A stretch of 64,000 nt of DNA from an uncultured virus (IMG/VR IMGVR_UViG_3300049793_000365) (Duplodnaviria > Heunggongvirae > Uroviricota > Caudoviricetes), in the IMG/VR virus record IMGVR_UViG_3300049793_000365, one strand, 5' to 3'. Shown piece after piece: positions 38,555-49,400 of the stretch; position 1 is the stretch's first letter; each line of letters opens with the position of its first letter. Position numbers and translations under genes: made by a program. Under the pieces are notes generated by a model. The model searched no databases and was not told the DNA's origin. It saw nothing but the letters and a program-made list of their open reading frames with translations.

Positions 38555-39907
38555 ATGACGGTATCTTTAGAAAAGTTGTTTTTTGCTTACATACTTGAGA
38601 ATAAAAAATATTTTGAAATAGTAAAGCCATTTTTCTTTAAGAATAGTGAAATAAGATTTGTTTACGATGTAATTCGTAAATACATTCTTTCTAACTCAGA
38701 AGCCTTAGTCCCATCTCCGAAGCAAATACTTGAGATGGTAGCTTTGGAAGATAAAGAAAAGATAATCACCAAGGACATACTTAAAGCAATCCTAAAACCT
38801 GATTCTGAATTTTCAGAAGAATCATGGCAAACTAACTTTTTAGTTCCAAAATTTAATGGGTGGATATTAGCGAATAAATTAAAAGCTGGTACATCTGATA
38901 TTATCGAACATACAAGAGATTTAGATAGTATAGCTGATATCGATGATGCTATGCAATCCGCATCTAAGATAAAAGAGATAATCGATGAAGCATCTCGTAC
39001 AAATTTTATGACGGATGATGACGATTTTGGTTCTGATTTCGATATTGCTGAATTACACTCACAAGATAGTTCAACACTTAAAGTTAGAACAGGATTTACT
39101 ACATTAGACCACATACTTGGTGGTGGTTGGGATGTATCTACATTGAATATGATAATGGCAGAAACAAATGGTGGTAAATCATTGTGGATGCAAAACTTCG
39201 CTGTATTATCGGCTAATCTTGGATATAATGTTTTATATGTTACATTAGAGATGTCAGAGAAGAAAGTATTGAAACGTATGGGTTCCATGCGATTGAAAAT
39301 TCCGATTGATAAATACGATGACGTATCTAAAAATTCGGAAGCTATTAAACAAAGAATTCAACAATTAAAACGTTCAGAAGCAGTAGATAACTTATTTGAT
39401 AATAAAGTAGGTAAAATATTTGTTAAGTTCTGGGCTGCTGGTACAACCACAGTAAATGAAATTGATGCTTTCTTAGAGAAGATGAAAGACAAGAGAGGCA
39501 TTAAAATGGATCTTGTTATAGTTGACTACATTACATTATTAGCGCCATTAAAAGGCTCTGGTATTGATAATAACCTTTACCTTAAAGGTAAACATTTTGC
39601 TGAGGGTTTACGAGCTATCGGCTCTAAATATAAATGTCCTATGATATCAGCTATTCAGGTAGCGAAAGATGCGTGGAACAATGCCGATATTACATTGGCT
39701 AATATACCTGAGTCAAAAGCAATAGCCGAAACTGCTGATACATTCTTCGCTTTAATAAGAACTGAAGAAATGAAGAGACAGAATATATATCGACTAAAAC
39801 TTTTGAAGCAAAGAGATGGAGATTTTTCTAGGTCACAAGTAAAATTTGACTTAAATCCCACCTACCTAACCATTGAAAACGATGCTTTCGTTGACGTTGG
39901 TCTATAA
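38555..39907 (+). CDS. Replicative DNA helicase, DnaB / T4 gp41-like
   Basis: Walker A AETNGGKS, YVTLEMSE, IVDY, ES.AIAETAD, LKQRDG. Confidence 0.9.
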   Translation: MTVSLEKLFFAYILENKKYFEIVKPFFFKNSEIRFVYDVIRKYILSNSEALVPSPKQILEMVALEDKEKIITKDILKAILKPDSEFSEESWQTNFLVPKFNGWILANKLKAGTSDIIEHTRDLDSIADIDDAMQSASKIKEIIDEASRTNFMTDDDDFGSDFDIAELHSQDSSTLKVRTGFTTLDHILGGGWDVSTLNMIMAETNGGKSLWMQNFAVLSANLGYNVLYVTLEMSEKKVLKRMGSMRLKIPIDKYDDVSKNSEAIKQRIQQLKRSEAVDNLFDNKVGKIFVKFWAAGTTTVNEIDAFLEKMKDKRGIKMDLVIVDYITLLAPLKGSGIDNNLYLKGKHFAEGLRAIGSKYKCPMISAIQVAKDAWNNADITLANIPESKAIAETADTFFALIRTEEMKRQNIYRLKLLKQRDGDFSRSQVKFDLNPTYLTIENDAFVDVGL

Positions 39908-39926
39908 AAAACATTCTAAATGCAAA

Positions 39927-40850
39927 ATGGCAAAGAAGAATAAAGTTGTCAATGATGACGACGAAGAGATTAATGACGAAACTCTTAATGAAGTAAAAGA
40001 TGAAAAAGAAGAAGCTGAGTCAGACGTATCGGACGATGTAGCTGATATTATATCCGATGATGATTTTGCTGATGATATAGTCATTGAGGTCGATGATGAG
40101 GATTTGGCTGATATCTCGCCTGTCGAGGTTTCAGAAGTTGCTCCTGATGAGGTTGTTCTATCTAAACATAAACAGAATGGTAAACACGCTTTAAAGTATG
40201 ATACCATTTTTAAGGGAAAGAAAGAAGATCCATTAGATGAGTCAACCGATATGGGTGGTTCATCCAGTTACTTCAATGAATCATTTGACCTTGACCGTTC
40301 ATCACACTTTGCTCACGATGATGAAGTTTATCAAAAGGAGAAAAGATTAAGAGAAAAGGTCTATGAAGTATTATTGGGTAATACCGATATCAACTTCCTT
40401 AATAATAGAAGAAAACCATCGAGAACAGACTTTAATCAATATTATTATTTATTGAAGACTCACTTGAAGGATGAAAACTTCACCAACATTGAATTGTTTA
40501 ACGAGTTATCTGTTTACTTCTCTGATAATTTATTCAATATGTTTAAGTTATTAGATACTAAATGGCGAAATCTTATAATCAATGAATTACAAGACCACAT
40601 TGGTAAGTCTGAAAATTCTAAAGAAGTGAAGAATAGAAACATCTTCGTTGGTACTGAAGTAGAGTTTATCGGTGCTGATAACAAAATCGTTACTGGTGTT
40701 GTTGTTGAGTGTGATTACCCTAATTCTGAATTCAAAATTGATTCATATGAAAACATTTACACCATATCATTAGCTGATGTAACTGAAATTTTAAATAATA
40801 CAAAGTTTAAGTATAATTTAAATAAATTGAACAATATAGATTTCCTATAA
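39927..40850 (+). CDS. Hypothetical protein with an acidic N-terminal region
   Basis: Long ORF following the helicase. Confidence 0.75.
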   Translation: MAKKNKVVNDDDEEINDETLNEVKDEKEEAESDVSDDVADIISDDDFADDIVIEVDDEDLADISPVEVSEVAPDEVVLSKHKQNGKHALKYDTIFKGKKEDPLDESTDMGGSSSYFNESFDLDRSSHFAHDDEVYQKEKRLREKVYEVLLGNTDINFLNNRRKPSRTDFNQYYYLLKTHLKDENFTNIELFNELSVYFSDNLFNMFKLLDTKWRNLIINELQDHIGKSENSKEVKNRNIFVGTEVEFIGADNKIVTGVVVECDYPNSEFKIDSYENIYTISLADVTEILNNTKFKYNLNKLNNIDFL

Positions 40851-40868
40851 AAAAATTAAAAAATAATA

Positions 40869-41582
40869 ATGAACCAGACTATAACAACTTCATATAATGT
40901 ATTCTTAACTCAGAAAAATACAAAAGAACTAATTACTGAAATCCTTGATGGCGTTCTATCATATGATATAAATAACAATGTCGCAAGAATTGATATTCTT
41001 AAAGATGAGCCATCTAAGATGGAAGAAGTAAAGTCAGCATTTTTCAGAGCATTAGTTGAACTGGATATTGTAGATACCAGTTATGTTAGTAGTAAAACAG
41101 TAGATTCCTACCTATATTACTTATTGAGAAATGGTAGCATTGAGTTTGTATTCTATAATAACAAATACTACCTTAAAAATTCTACGAATGAGCATATCAC
41201 TAGTGGTAAAAACTTCGGGATTGAGCTTCTTGTAAATGGGGAAGCTTATCTTAAAGGTTTACATAAAACATGGAACCCAGAAAATGGCTATGTTTTAGAT
41301 ACTACTATCGTAAACTCATTGAAGAAAAAATTAATAGAGTTACTTGATGTCGCAATTAAGAATAACCTAAATATTAAGAAAAAAGACACATGGTTTACTA
41401 GGCTCTTAACCTTCTTAAAAATCAGAAGCGTTTTTTCTTATAAATACCGCATTGTTTTGAATGATAAACAAACATTGGTTAACGATATGGAACATCTTGA
41501 AAAAGGTTTCCAAGAAACTTTCAAAGAGGCCATCGACCAGGTCGAGCGTTCAGCTCATGGTGAAAAAGAAATTACTGAATAG
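40869..41582 (+). CDS. Hypothetical protein
   Basis: 237-aa ORF. Confidence 0.7.
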   Translation: MNQTITTSYNVFLTQKNTKELITEILDGVLSYDINNNVARIDILKDEPSKMEEVKSAFFRALVELDIVDTSYVSSKTVDSYLYYLLRNGSIEFVFYNNKYYLKNSTNEHITSGKNFGIELLVNGEAYLKGLHKTWNPENGYVLDTTIVNSLKKKLIELLDVAIKNNLNIKKKDTWFTRLLTFLKIRSVFSYKYRIVLNDKQTLVNDMEHLEKGFQETFKEAIDQVERSAHGEKEITE

Positions 41583-41686
41583 TAAAATTTTTTTTAAAGT
41601 CGCACTTGAAAATTTTTAAAAAATAAAAATTTTTGGAAATAATTGCATTTATCGCGCAATATATAAATATCTATCAAAAAAAATTT

Positions 41687-44257
41687 ATGGCAAATAATAT
41701 GATTAAAGTAAAAAAGAGAAATGGGAAGAAGGAACCTTTAATGCTCGATAAAATTCTGGAAAGAATAAACCAACAAACTTACGGCTTAGACCAAAGATGG
41801 ATAGTACCATTTGAAGTCGCACAGAAAGTAATAGAAGGTATTACACCTGATATTGAAACAAGAACCCTTGATGAGTTGGCAATGGAAACCGCAGCATCAC
41901 TGGCTACTAAACACCCTGACTATTCAACATTAGCGGCACGTTTAGCAATTACCGCATTACACAAAGAAACTAAGAAGAGTTTTTCTGAAACAATTAATGA
42001 CTTGTATAACTATGTTAATCCAAGAACTGGGCAAAAAGCCAATATCGTTTCTAAAACATTCAATGAATTAGTTCAAAAACACGCTGATGAATTAGATTCA
42101 GCTATTGTTCACTCAAGAGACCACAATTTTGACTACTTCGGTTATAAGACTCTTGAAAAATCTTACTTATTGAAGATTAACAATAAGGTAGCAGAAAGAC
42201 CTCAGTATATGTACATGAGAACTGCTTTACAGATTTGGCCAAATGATATGCAAAAGGCTATCGAGACATATAATACAATGTCAGAAGGATTATACACACA
42301 CGCTACACCTACATTATTTAATTCGGGTACTATCAGACCACAGTTATCAAGCTGTTTCTTATTAGACATGAAAGATGATAGCATTGAGGGTATCTTTGAT
42401 ACACTTAAAGAGTCTGCTCAGATTTCTAAAAATGCTGGTGGTATTGGTATCGCGGCATCTAAGATTAGAGCAACTGGTACTTACATTAAAGGTACAAACG
42501 GATTTTCAAATGGATTAATACCATTCTTGAAAATTTACAATGAAACAGCTCGCGCAGTTGACCAAGGTGGTGGTAAACGTAAAGGATCTATCTCAATTTA
42601 TATTGAGCCTTGGCACGCCGATATTATGGAATTCCTTGACTTACGTAAGAACCAAGGTAAGGAAGAATTAAGAGCAAGAGATTTATTCTTAGCTATGTGG
42701 ATGAATGATGTATTTATGGAAAGAGTTCAACTTGATTCTGATTGGTCATTGATGTGTCCACACGAATGCCCAAGATTATTAGAATCTTATGGTGCTGAGT
42801 TCAGAACACTTTACAACAAGTATGAAAGTGAAGGTAGAGTTAAACGTGTTGTTAAAGCAAGAGAAGTATGGAATAAAATTCTTGATTCTCAAATCGAAAC
42901 TGGTACACCTTATATCTTATATAAAGATGCTATTAACTTAAAATCAAACCAAGCTAACATTGGTCCAATTAAGTCATCTAATCTATGTGCTGAGATTGTT
43001 GAAGCTACTGGTATTACTAAGTCACAGAAAGATATCTTAAATAATGAAGAATTGCTTAAGAGTTTAGGTCTTGGTGAGTTCTTTGGAAGAGAAGAAGTTA
43101 ACGAAACTGCTGTTTGTAATTTAGCATCAATCGCATTACCAAAATTTGTTAATAAGAATAAGACATATAACTTTAAAAATTTATATGACGTATCATACAA
43201 AGCGGCTATCAATTTAAATAGAGTAATTGATACGAACTTCTATCCAACTGAGGCTGGTAAATTCTCAAACTTAATTCACAGACCAATTGGTTTAGGTGTT
43301 CAGGGATTAGCTGATGTATTCTTTATACTTGGTATTGCTTATGATTCAGAGAAAGCAAAACAATTAAATAAAGAAATTTTCGAAACCATCTATTATGCTG
43401 CTCTTAGAGCATCATGTGATATGGCTAAGATTGAAGGAGCTTATACAACATTTGTTGGTTCTCCTTTGTCAGAGGGTAAATTCCAATTTGATTTATGGGG
43501 TACTACACCAACTGACCGTTGGGATTGGAGTAAGCTAAAAGAAGATATTAAGAAGTATGGTGTTAGAAACTCATTAACTACTTGTATCATGCCTACTGCT
43601 TCTACTGCATCTATATTAGGTAACGAAGCTTCTTGTGAAGCACAGACTTCTAATATGTACACACGCGGTGTTTTATCTGGTACATTTATTATGGTTAATA
43701 AATACTTAGTAAAAGAGTTAGTTAAGCTTGGTATTTGGTCTGACGCGATTAGAACTAAAGTAATTAAAGACAATGGTTCAATTCAAAACATTCCTGAGAT
43801 ACCAACTGAATTAAAAGAAATCTTTAAAACTGTTTGGGAAATTAAGCAGAGAGATGTAATTGATATGGCTGCTGATAGAGGTGCTTTCATTGACCAGACT
43901 CAATCTATGAACATTTTTATGGAAAATCCTAACTTCGCAAAGCTTACCGCAATGCACTTCTACGGATGGGGTATGCGTTCTTTTATGAAGGATGATAGTG
44001 GTAAAGACATAGTTCCACCAGCGGATGATAATATTGAAATAGTATGTGATTCTGAGGGAAGACCTAAGTTTTATCGCGATAGACGCTTCAACTTAAAGAC
44101 TGGTATGTATTATTTACGTGGAAAGTCTTCTGCTGATGCTGTTAAATTCACTGTTCAAGACTCTGCTAATCAAGCAGTTAAGACAGATGAAGAGAAAATG
44201 TCCGAAATTAGCTGTTCACTTGATGATCCGGATTCTTGTGTAGCTTGTTCAGCCTAA
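41687..44257 (+). CDS. nrdA: Ribonucleotide reductase class Ia alpha subunit with ATP cone
   Basis: VKKRNG, TPTLFN, QLSSCF, SNLCAEI, AVCNLAS, MPTAS, KTGMYY, C-terminal CVAC. Confidence 0.96.
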   Translation: MANNMIKVKKRNGKKEPLMLDKILERINQQTYGLDQRWIVPFEVAQKVIEGITPDIETRTLDELAMETAASLATKHPDYSTLAARLAITALHKETKKSFSETINDLYNYVNPRTGQKANIVSKTFNELVQKHADELDSAIVHSRDHNFDYFGYKTLEKSYLLKINNKVAERPQYMYMRTALQIWPNDMQKAIETYNTMSEGLYTHATPTLFNSGTIRPQLSSCFLLDMKDDSIEGIFDTLKESAQISKNAGGIGIAASKIRATGTYIKGTNGFSNGLIPFLKIYNETARAVDQGGGKRKGSISIYIEPWHADIMEFLDLRKNQGKEELRARDLFLAMWMNDVFMERVQLDSDWSLMCPHECPRLLESYGAEFRTLYNKYESEGRVKRVVKAREVWNKILDSQIETGTPYILYKDAINLKSNQANIGPIKSSNLCAEIVEATGITKSQKDILNNEELLKSLGLGEFFGREEVNETAVCNLASIALPKFVNKNKTYNFKNLYDVSYKAAINLNRVIDTNFYPTEAGKFSNLIHRPIGLGVQGLADVFFILGIAYDSEKAKQLNKEIFETIYYAALRASCDMAKIEGAYTTFVGSPLSEGKFQFDLWGTTPTDRWDWSKLKEDIKKYGVRNSLTTCIMPTASTASILGNEASCEAQTSNMYTRGVLSGTFIMVNKYLVKELVKLGIWSDAIRTKVIKDNGSIQNIPEIPTELKEIFKTVWEIKQRDVIDMAADRGAFIDQTQSMNIFMENPNFAKLTAMHFYGWGMRSFMKDDSGKDIVPPADDNIEIVCDSEGRPKFYRDRRFNLKTGMYYLRGKSSADAVKFTVQDSANQAVKTDEEKMSEISCSLDDPDSCVACSA

Positions 44258-44264
44258 CTAATTG

Positions 44265-44292
44265 ATACTCCGATTTCTCGGAGTATTTTTTT
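44265..44292 (+). terminator. Rho-independent terminator
   Basis: ATACTCCGA-TTTC-TCGGAGTAT then a T run. Confidence 0.85.
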
Positions 44293-44321
44293 GGATAAAA
44301 GTGAAAAAAAGATCCGAAAAA

Positions 44322-44353
44322 TTTGCATTTTAATAAAAAAGATCCTATATTTG
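44322..44353 (+). promoter_or_regulatory. Bacteroidota sigma-type promoter
   Basis: TTTG-N20-TATATTTG. Confidence 0.75.
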
Positions 44354-44357
44354 TACC

Positions 44358-44801
44358 ATGACAATTACAAACAGATTTATAAAAGTTACTACCAACTTAA
44401 GCAAAGCTGAAGTTGATGCTATTTTAACTGCTCTTTCAACAGAGGAAAAACAAGAAATCATTTCTTTGTATGATAACTTCTCACACGTTGAAACAATCGA
44501 AGCTGATGGAACTGTTTCTATGTTCGCATCGATTCACCAGAATGTAATTGCTGACGTTTTTGACCTATATGTTAAGATGGGTATCGACTTCAAATATGAA
44601 GATATCACTGAACGTGTACTTTTCAGTTGTTTTGAATCAACTGGGTACCCGGAAGTGAGTACTCAATTGGATGACTTAGCAAAGAGCTACGTTGATAACA
44701 ACCTTGATGTTGATACAGTTCTTGATAAAATCAACAAGGTTGGTAATGGTAGTACTACTTGTTTAAATGATAAGGATCGCGAAGTATTAGCAACTATGTA
44801 A
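44358..44801 (+). CDS. Hypothetical protein
   Basis: C-terminal LDVDTVLDKINKVG..L...DREVL motif. Confidence 0.7.
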   Translation: MTITNRFIKVTTNLSKAEVDAILTALSTEEKQEIISLYDNFSHVETIEADGTVSMFASIHQNVIADVFDLYVKMGIDFKYEDITERVLFSCFESTGYPEVSTQLDDLAKSYVDNNLDVDTVLDKINKVGNGSTTCLNDKDREVLATM

Positions 44802-44803
44802 TT

Positions 44804-45057
44804 ATGAAGTGTTTGTGTATTGATGATTTTTTAACACATTTTAAAAAGGGTGTGGCCTATAATTCTCTTTTACTAATGAGAATTTTATAAACAATACTAT
44901 TAATCTTAGTACTGATAGAAACTATTTAGTAAATGACACTGTTTTTAAACCACACTTGTTTATGAGACATTTTGCTGACTTAGCCGATAATAGAGAAGAC
45001 AAGATAAATCAATTGATTGACTTCCGAGAAGACCAGATAAATCAATTATTATCATAA
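44804..45057 (+). pseudogene. Frameshifted small ORF ending in a duplicated tag (REDKINQLI-DF-REDQINQLL)
   Basis: ATG 44804 frame stops near 44888; a second frame continues to TAA 45057; 33-nt-period duplication. Confidence 0.5.
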
Positions 45058-45081
45058 AAAAACCCTCTTTCGAGGGTTTTT
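45056..45081. terminator. Bidirectional terminator
   Basis: AAAAACCCTC-TTTC-GAGGGTTTTT between convergent genes. Confidence 0.85.
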
Positions 45082-45106
45082 ACATTTTCTATAATTCTTA
45101 AGGATA

Positions 45107-45445
45107 TTAAGCAGTTAATGAATTACCAGCCGCAGATGCTAGTTTTTGCATTCCAGTTGCTTTAGGTGTATAAACTATAATAGTCTTACCTGTGCTTCTT
45201 GCTTTAGTTACTGAGAAAGTACCTCTGTAATTATCTTCTGTTGCTCTTTCAAGATATTTATCTTTATTACCAGCAAGGTCTGGATATTTAGCCAAAAGGT
45301 CTTCTAATTGCTTAGTACAAGCTCCCTTAGCAGCTTCTTTGTCTTCGCCAGACTCATGACCTGTAAAGAATTTTTTAGCAGTGCCAAATATTTCTTCGTT
45401 AACTGGTCCTGCTGAGTGTTGTTCGAATGATTTAAGATGTTTCAT
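45107..45445 (-). CDS. Leader-bearing protein (MKHLKSFEQH...VNEE)
   Basis: Leader motif; AATATATA upstream. Confidence 0.7.
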   Translation of the reverse strand: MKHLKSFEQHSAGPVNEEIFGTAKKFFTGHESGEDKEAAKGACTKQLEDLLAKYPDLAGNKDKYLERATEDNYRGTFSVTKARSTGKTIIVYTPKATGMQKLASAAGNSLTA

Positions 45446-45500
45446 ATCCTTTAATTTCTATATTTTTATGATATATATATTAAAGACTAAAACTCGTTTT

Positions 45501-45890
45501 TTAACTTTCTGTATCAGATAAGAGATTATCTAATTGATTATACCTACGCCAGACCTGCCTTGCCTTTTCTTCATCGTCCTTTTTGTAGTAATCTGGACTC
45601 ATATAGTCACCAGTGTGAGCAATAGTACCATCCAGTTGTTTCTTTCTCGTACAATCATCACAGATAGCTAAAACATAAACACCACCATCTAATGTACTAC
45701 CATAACCAGCACTGATATTAGCAACGATGCCATTATTCCACATTCTGTTCTCGGCACGTATGTACGTTTTTTTACCATCTTCATATTCACGCACTTCTGT
45801 TATGAATATAGCATCCTCTTCTGTCTTTATTTCACCAGCGGAATTATGAATAGATGCTTTAACATTAGTATCACAGCATATGCATTTCAT
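45501..45890 (-). CDS. Zinc-binding protein with tag variant (RYNQLDNLL)
   Basis: CICC...ICDDC. Confidence 0.65.
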   Translation of the reverse strand: MKCICCDTNVKASIHNSAGEIKTEEDAIFITEVREYEDGKKTYIRAENRMWNNGIVANISAGYGSTLDGGVYVLAICDDCTRKKQLDGTIAHTGDYMSPDYYKKDDEEKARQVWRRYNQLDNLLSDTES

Positions 45891-47311
45891 AATCGATTGA
45901 ATAATATTTGTTTTTTACCACTAGCTATTGCTTCATCTACCTGCTTACATTTATCCGGAAAAACAGGAAGATATAATGAGTTTATTCTTTTGAGTGCCGC
46001 TAATAAGTTTGACAATTCAATCTCATAGCTTTCAGAAGACCACGGTTTAGTATCATTGATATACTTATTCGCGAACTTAACAAACTCGTTAGTTTTTTGA
46101 AGAGCATCTTTGACTTTATATTTTGACCAAGCAGTATTAACATTGGTTGTGAATTCTTCTATCTGTGTATTGAATTCATCTGATGATGATACACTAACCG
46201 AACCATCACACTTGGTATCAATAAGATGTAGTACTCTAGCTATAAGATTACCCCAATCATTATTAATTTCGTTATTCCACGCTAATTTTAAATCATCTTC
46301 ACTCCAACAAGCATTTGAGTATGTGTTTAATCCAGCAAGTGTGTAATACTTAACAGCATCAAGTCCGTATTTTTCTAATTGGTCAAATGGATCTACGGTG
46401 TTACCCAAAGTCTTTGACATTTTTCGACCATCCTTATCGAGTATAGTACCGTGTACTAATAGTTTGTCTGTCTTTCTAATACCTTCTGACTCAAGAAATG
46501 CTTGAAATATCACAGCCTGAAATCTTAAGTTATCGGGTCCGCATAATTGTATGACATTATCCCAATTGAAGTTATCAGTCAAATAACCAGCGGCAAAAAT
46601 ATAGTTTAATAGGGCATCAAACCACACGTAAATTACTTGTGAATCATCACCTGGTACGGAAACACCCCAGGGGCAGTTCTCTACCTTACGAGAAATAGAT
46701 ATATCTTCCGCGCCAATAATTAAATTACGAAGTTCTTCTAATTTATTCTGTGGTTCTAAGAACTCAGTATTCTCATTTAACCATTTTAATAATGTATCTC
46801 TGTGTGCCGATAACTTAAAGAAGTAATTCTCTTCTTCAACTTCCTTTATTTCCGTTGTTGGGTGGTCAGGGCATTTTCCGTCAACTAATTCAGAATCTTG
46901 TTTGTGTGATTCACAACCAACACAGTATTTACCCTTGTAGTGACCTTTGTAGATATCACCCTTTTCATAAAATCTGTTCCAGATAACTTTAACTTTATCG
47001 TGGTGAGACTTATCTGATGTTTTGTAGAAAGAGTCATATGATATATTAAACTTAGTACAGAAGTCAATCCATACTTCGGTTAAGTTTTTAATATGTGCCT
47101 CTGGTGTGATACCAAGTTCATTAGCTTTAGACCAAACTTTTAAACCATGTTCATCCAAACCAACATTGAAGTGTACGCTATTACCGCTTGATTTTAACCA
47201 ACGAGTAATAGCATCTGCTAAGATGAATTCAAATGAGTGACCTATATGTGGAGCTGAGTTCACATACGGTAATGTTGTTGTTAAAAATATTTTCTTATTG
47301 AAGATTTCCAA
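45887..47311 (-). CDS. metG: Methionyl-tRNA synthetase, short form (probable TTG start)
   Basis: TTTLPYVN..PHIGH, GLDEHG, YCVGCE, YVWFDALLNY, KMSKT; promoter 47361-47330. Confidence 0.93.
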   Translation of the reverse strand: MEIFNKKIFLTTTLPYVNSAPHIGHSFEFILADAITRWLKSSGNSVHFNVGLDEHGLKVWSKANELGITPEAHIKNLTEVWIDFCTKFNISYDSFYKTSDKSHHDKVKVIWNRFYEKGDIYKGHYKGKYCVGCESHKQDSELVDGKCPDHPTTEIKEVEEENYFFKLSAHRDTLLKWLNENTEFLEPQNKLEELRNLIIGAEDISISRKVENCPWGVSVPGDDSQVIYVWFDALLNYIFAAGYLTDNFNWDNVIQLCGPDNLRFQAVIFQAFLESEGIRKTDKLLVHGTILDKDGRKMSKTLGNTVDPFDQLEKYGLDAVKYYTLAGLNTYSNACWSEDDLKLAWNNEINNDWGNLIARVLHLIDTKCDGSVSVSSSDEFNTQIEEFTTNVNTAWSKYKVKDALQKTNEFVKFANKYINDTKPWSSESYEIELSNLLAALKRINSLYLPVFPDKCKQVDEAIASGKKQILFNRL

Positions 47312-47377
47312 ATTTTTAAAGTTAAGATACAAATATACGGATTTATTTATGAATATCCAAAATATTATATATAGTGA

Positions 47378-47812
47378 ATGAAACATCTTAGAAGGCTTAA
47401 TGAATCAACTGAGCAGGCTCAATCAATACTAAAGGAAGTCGAAGAATGTTCAGCATCTTTATATGATTATCTGGAAGATATTGGTATAGAACCATTAACT
47501 GATTTAGTTATTAACCAACACTTGGATTCTACTGGTGGTGATAGTTTTATAACCATAGATATAAATGATATCAATAAGTATAAGGGTGATAGACAACACG
47601 TAGGTGTTAGAATATATTTCGTATTGGATAAAAATAAAAAGGATTCATCAACTATAACTTGGATGGGTGATGATTTGGATAAGTTTTCTAAAATATTAGG
47701 TCATATAAATCTTATGTCTAAAAAGTTAAGAGGTTATTACTTTAAAGTGAGTCAATCCACGCCACTTAGTTGGCCAGGTGTAACATTTGAAATATTAGTT
47801 ACGATAGAATGA
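47378..47812 (+). CDS. Leader-bearing protein (MKHLRRLNES)
   Basis: Leader; TATATATA 47366-47373. Confidence 0.7.
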   Translation: MKHLRRLNESTEQAQSILKEVEECSASLYDYLEDIGIEPLTDLVINQHLDSTGGDSFITIDINDINKYKGDRQHVGVRIYFVLDKNKKDSSTITWMGDDLDKFSKILGHINLMSKKLRGYYFKVSQSTPLSWPGVTFEILVTIE

Positions 47813-48369
47813 GACATTTAAAAACATTTAAATTATTCGAGTCGATAGACAATATCGATGATATACTACAAGCCTTGGTGGATTCTTCATCTATACCTGA
47901 TATAGATAACGAAACAACATATAACGTTTCTGGTTATAACATTTTACACTATGGGTTTGAGGATGTTAGACTGGATGAGCCTGAGATAAACAAAGAGCTT
48001 AAGAGAATTGAAGCTAAAATATATGAGCATGGATATTTCTTAATGAGCGACTACGACAAAGATAACAATAGATTATTTGTAGCTTTCGTACCAAATGAAT
48101 TGAATAGAAACTTCATAGGTATTTCTAAGCTAAATAGTACTGATGATGATGTTAAATCTTATTACAGATTCGATAATGGTAATAGCATATTCGTTTGGGA
48201 TTTGGATAAAGATACCAACTTTCATATGAACAGCGATGAGCGTTTTGAAGTCGAAGATGATTTATCATACGACCTGTGGAGAACTAATTCTAAATTATTA
48301 ATAACATTCTGTATGTGGAATAACCAATTACATAAGCTAAATGATAAAAATCGTTTCACTAAACACTAA
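47809..48369 (+). CDS. Leader-bearing protein (MRHLKTFKLFES)
   Basis: Leader motif. Confidence 0.7.
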   Translation: MRHLKTFKLFESIDNIDDILQALVDSSSIPDIDNETTYNVSGYNILHYGFEDVRLDEPEINKELKRIEAKIYEHGYFLMSDYDKDNNRLFVAFVPNELNRNFIGISKLNSTDDDVKSYYRFDNGNSIFVWDLDKDTNFHMNSDERFEVEDDLSYDLWRTNSKLLITFCMWNNQLHKLNDKNRFTKH

Positions 48370-48421
48370 ACATTTTTCTAATTAACCATATACTAATTCA
48401 AAGATAAATTTTAATTAGACA

Positions 48422-49381
48422 ATGGAACACATTTTACAAGAAAACAAAGACCGATTTGTATTATTTCCGTTAAAGTATAACGATATATGGGAGATGTACA
48501 AAACCGCTGAACACGCATTCTGGACAGCAGAAGAGATTGATTTAGCACAAGATTTACAGGATTGGGATGCCAAGTTAAACGATGATGAAAGACATTTCAT
48601 TAAGATGGTACTTGCTTTCTTTGCGGCTTCTGATGGTATCGTTAATGAGAACTTAGCAGAAAACTTCTTAAAAGAAGTTCAATATCCAGAAGCAAAATGC
48701 TTTTATGGTTTTCAAATCGCAATGGAGAATGTTCACTCAGAAACATATTCATTACTAATTGATACTTACATTAAAGATGCTAAAGAAAAAGATACACTTT
48801 TTCATGCTATTGATAACTTTCCTTCTATTAAGGAGAAAGCTGATTGGGCTTTGAAGTGGATTGGAAACGGTTCATTTGCTGAGAGATTAATCGCGTTTGC
48901 CGCAGTTGAGGGTATATTCTTCTCCGGTTCATTCTGCTCTATCTTCTGGCTTAAAAAGAGAGGACTTATGCCAGGATTAACTTTTTCAAATGAATTAATT
49001 TCAAGAGACGAAGGATTACACTGTCAATTTGCTTGCTTGTTATATAACAAGTATATTAAGGATAAGATGAGTGAAGAAAGAGTTAAAGAAATTATCTGCT
49101 CTGCTGTTGATATTGAAAGAGTTTTCATCACTGAGTCTTTACCAGTATCATTAATTGGTATGAATTCAAAACTTATGATTCAGTATATCGAGTATGTTGC
49201 TGACTTCTGGTTACAACAATTGGGTTGTCCTAAGGTATACGGTGTTAGTAATCCGTTTGATTTCATGGACATGATTTCACTTCAAGGTAAAACTAACTTC
49301 TTCGAAAAAAGAGTTGGTGAATACAAGAAGTCCACTGATAAGTCAGTTGATTGGACAAATATGGAAGATACTGATTTTTAA
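48422..49381 (+). CDS. nrdB: Ribonucleotide reductase class Ia beta subunit
   Basis: [56 protein letters not shown]. Confidence 0.96.
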   Translation: MEHILQENKDRFVLFPLKYNDIWEMYKTAEHAFWTAEEIDLAQDLQDWDAKLNDDERHFIKMVLAFFAASDGIVNENLAENFLKEVQYPEAKCFYGFQIAMENVHSETYSLLIDTYIKDAKEKDTLFHAIDNFPSIKEKADWALKWIGNGSFAERLIAFAAVEGIFFSGSFCSIFWLKKRGLMPGLTFSNELISRDEGLHCQFACLLYNKYIKDKMSEERVKEIICSAVDIERVFITESLPVSLIGMNSKLMIQYIEYVADFWLQQLGCPKVYGVSNPFDFMDMISLQGKTNFFEKRVGEYKKSTDKSVDWTNMEDTDF

Positions 49382-49400
49382 TATTTTAGTAATTTTAATA

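Noticed and set aside
38662..43773. Antisense ORFs within the helicase, the acidic protein and nrdA (for example 38662..39288), and similar ones elsewhere
   Set aside because: Fully nested opposite well-supported genes, with no motifs of their own
43000..44100. Inteins or group I introns in nrdA
   Set aside because: The inserts are short, in frame and lack Cys...His-Asn ends
45887..47386. ORF-track starts for metG (47386), nrdA (41633), alkB (1120) and several others
   Set aside because: The extensions run through promoter motifs or neighbouring genes; downstream starts were chosen
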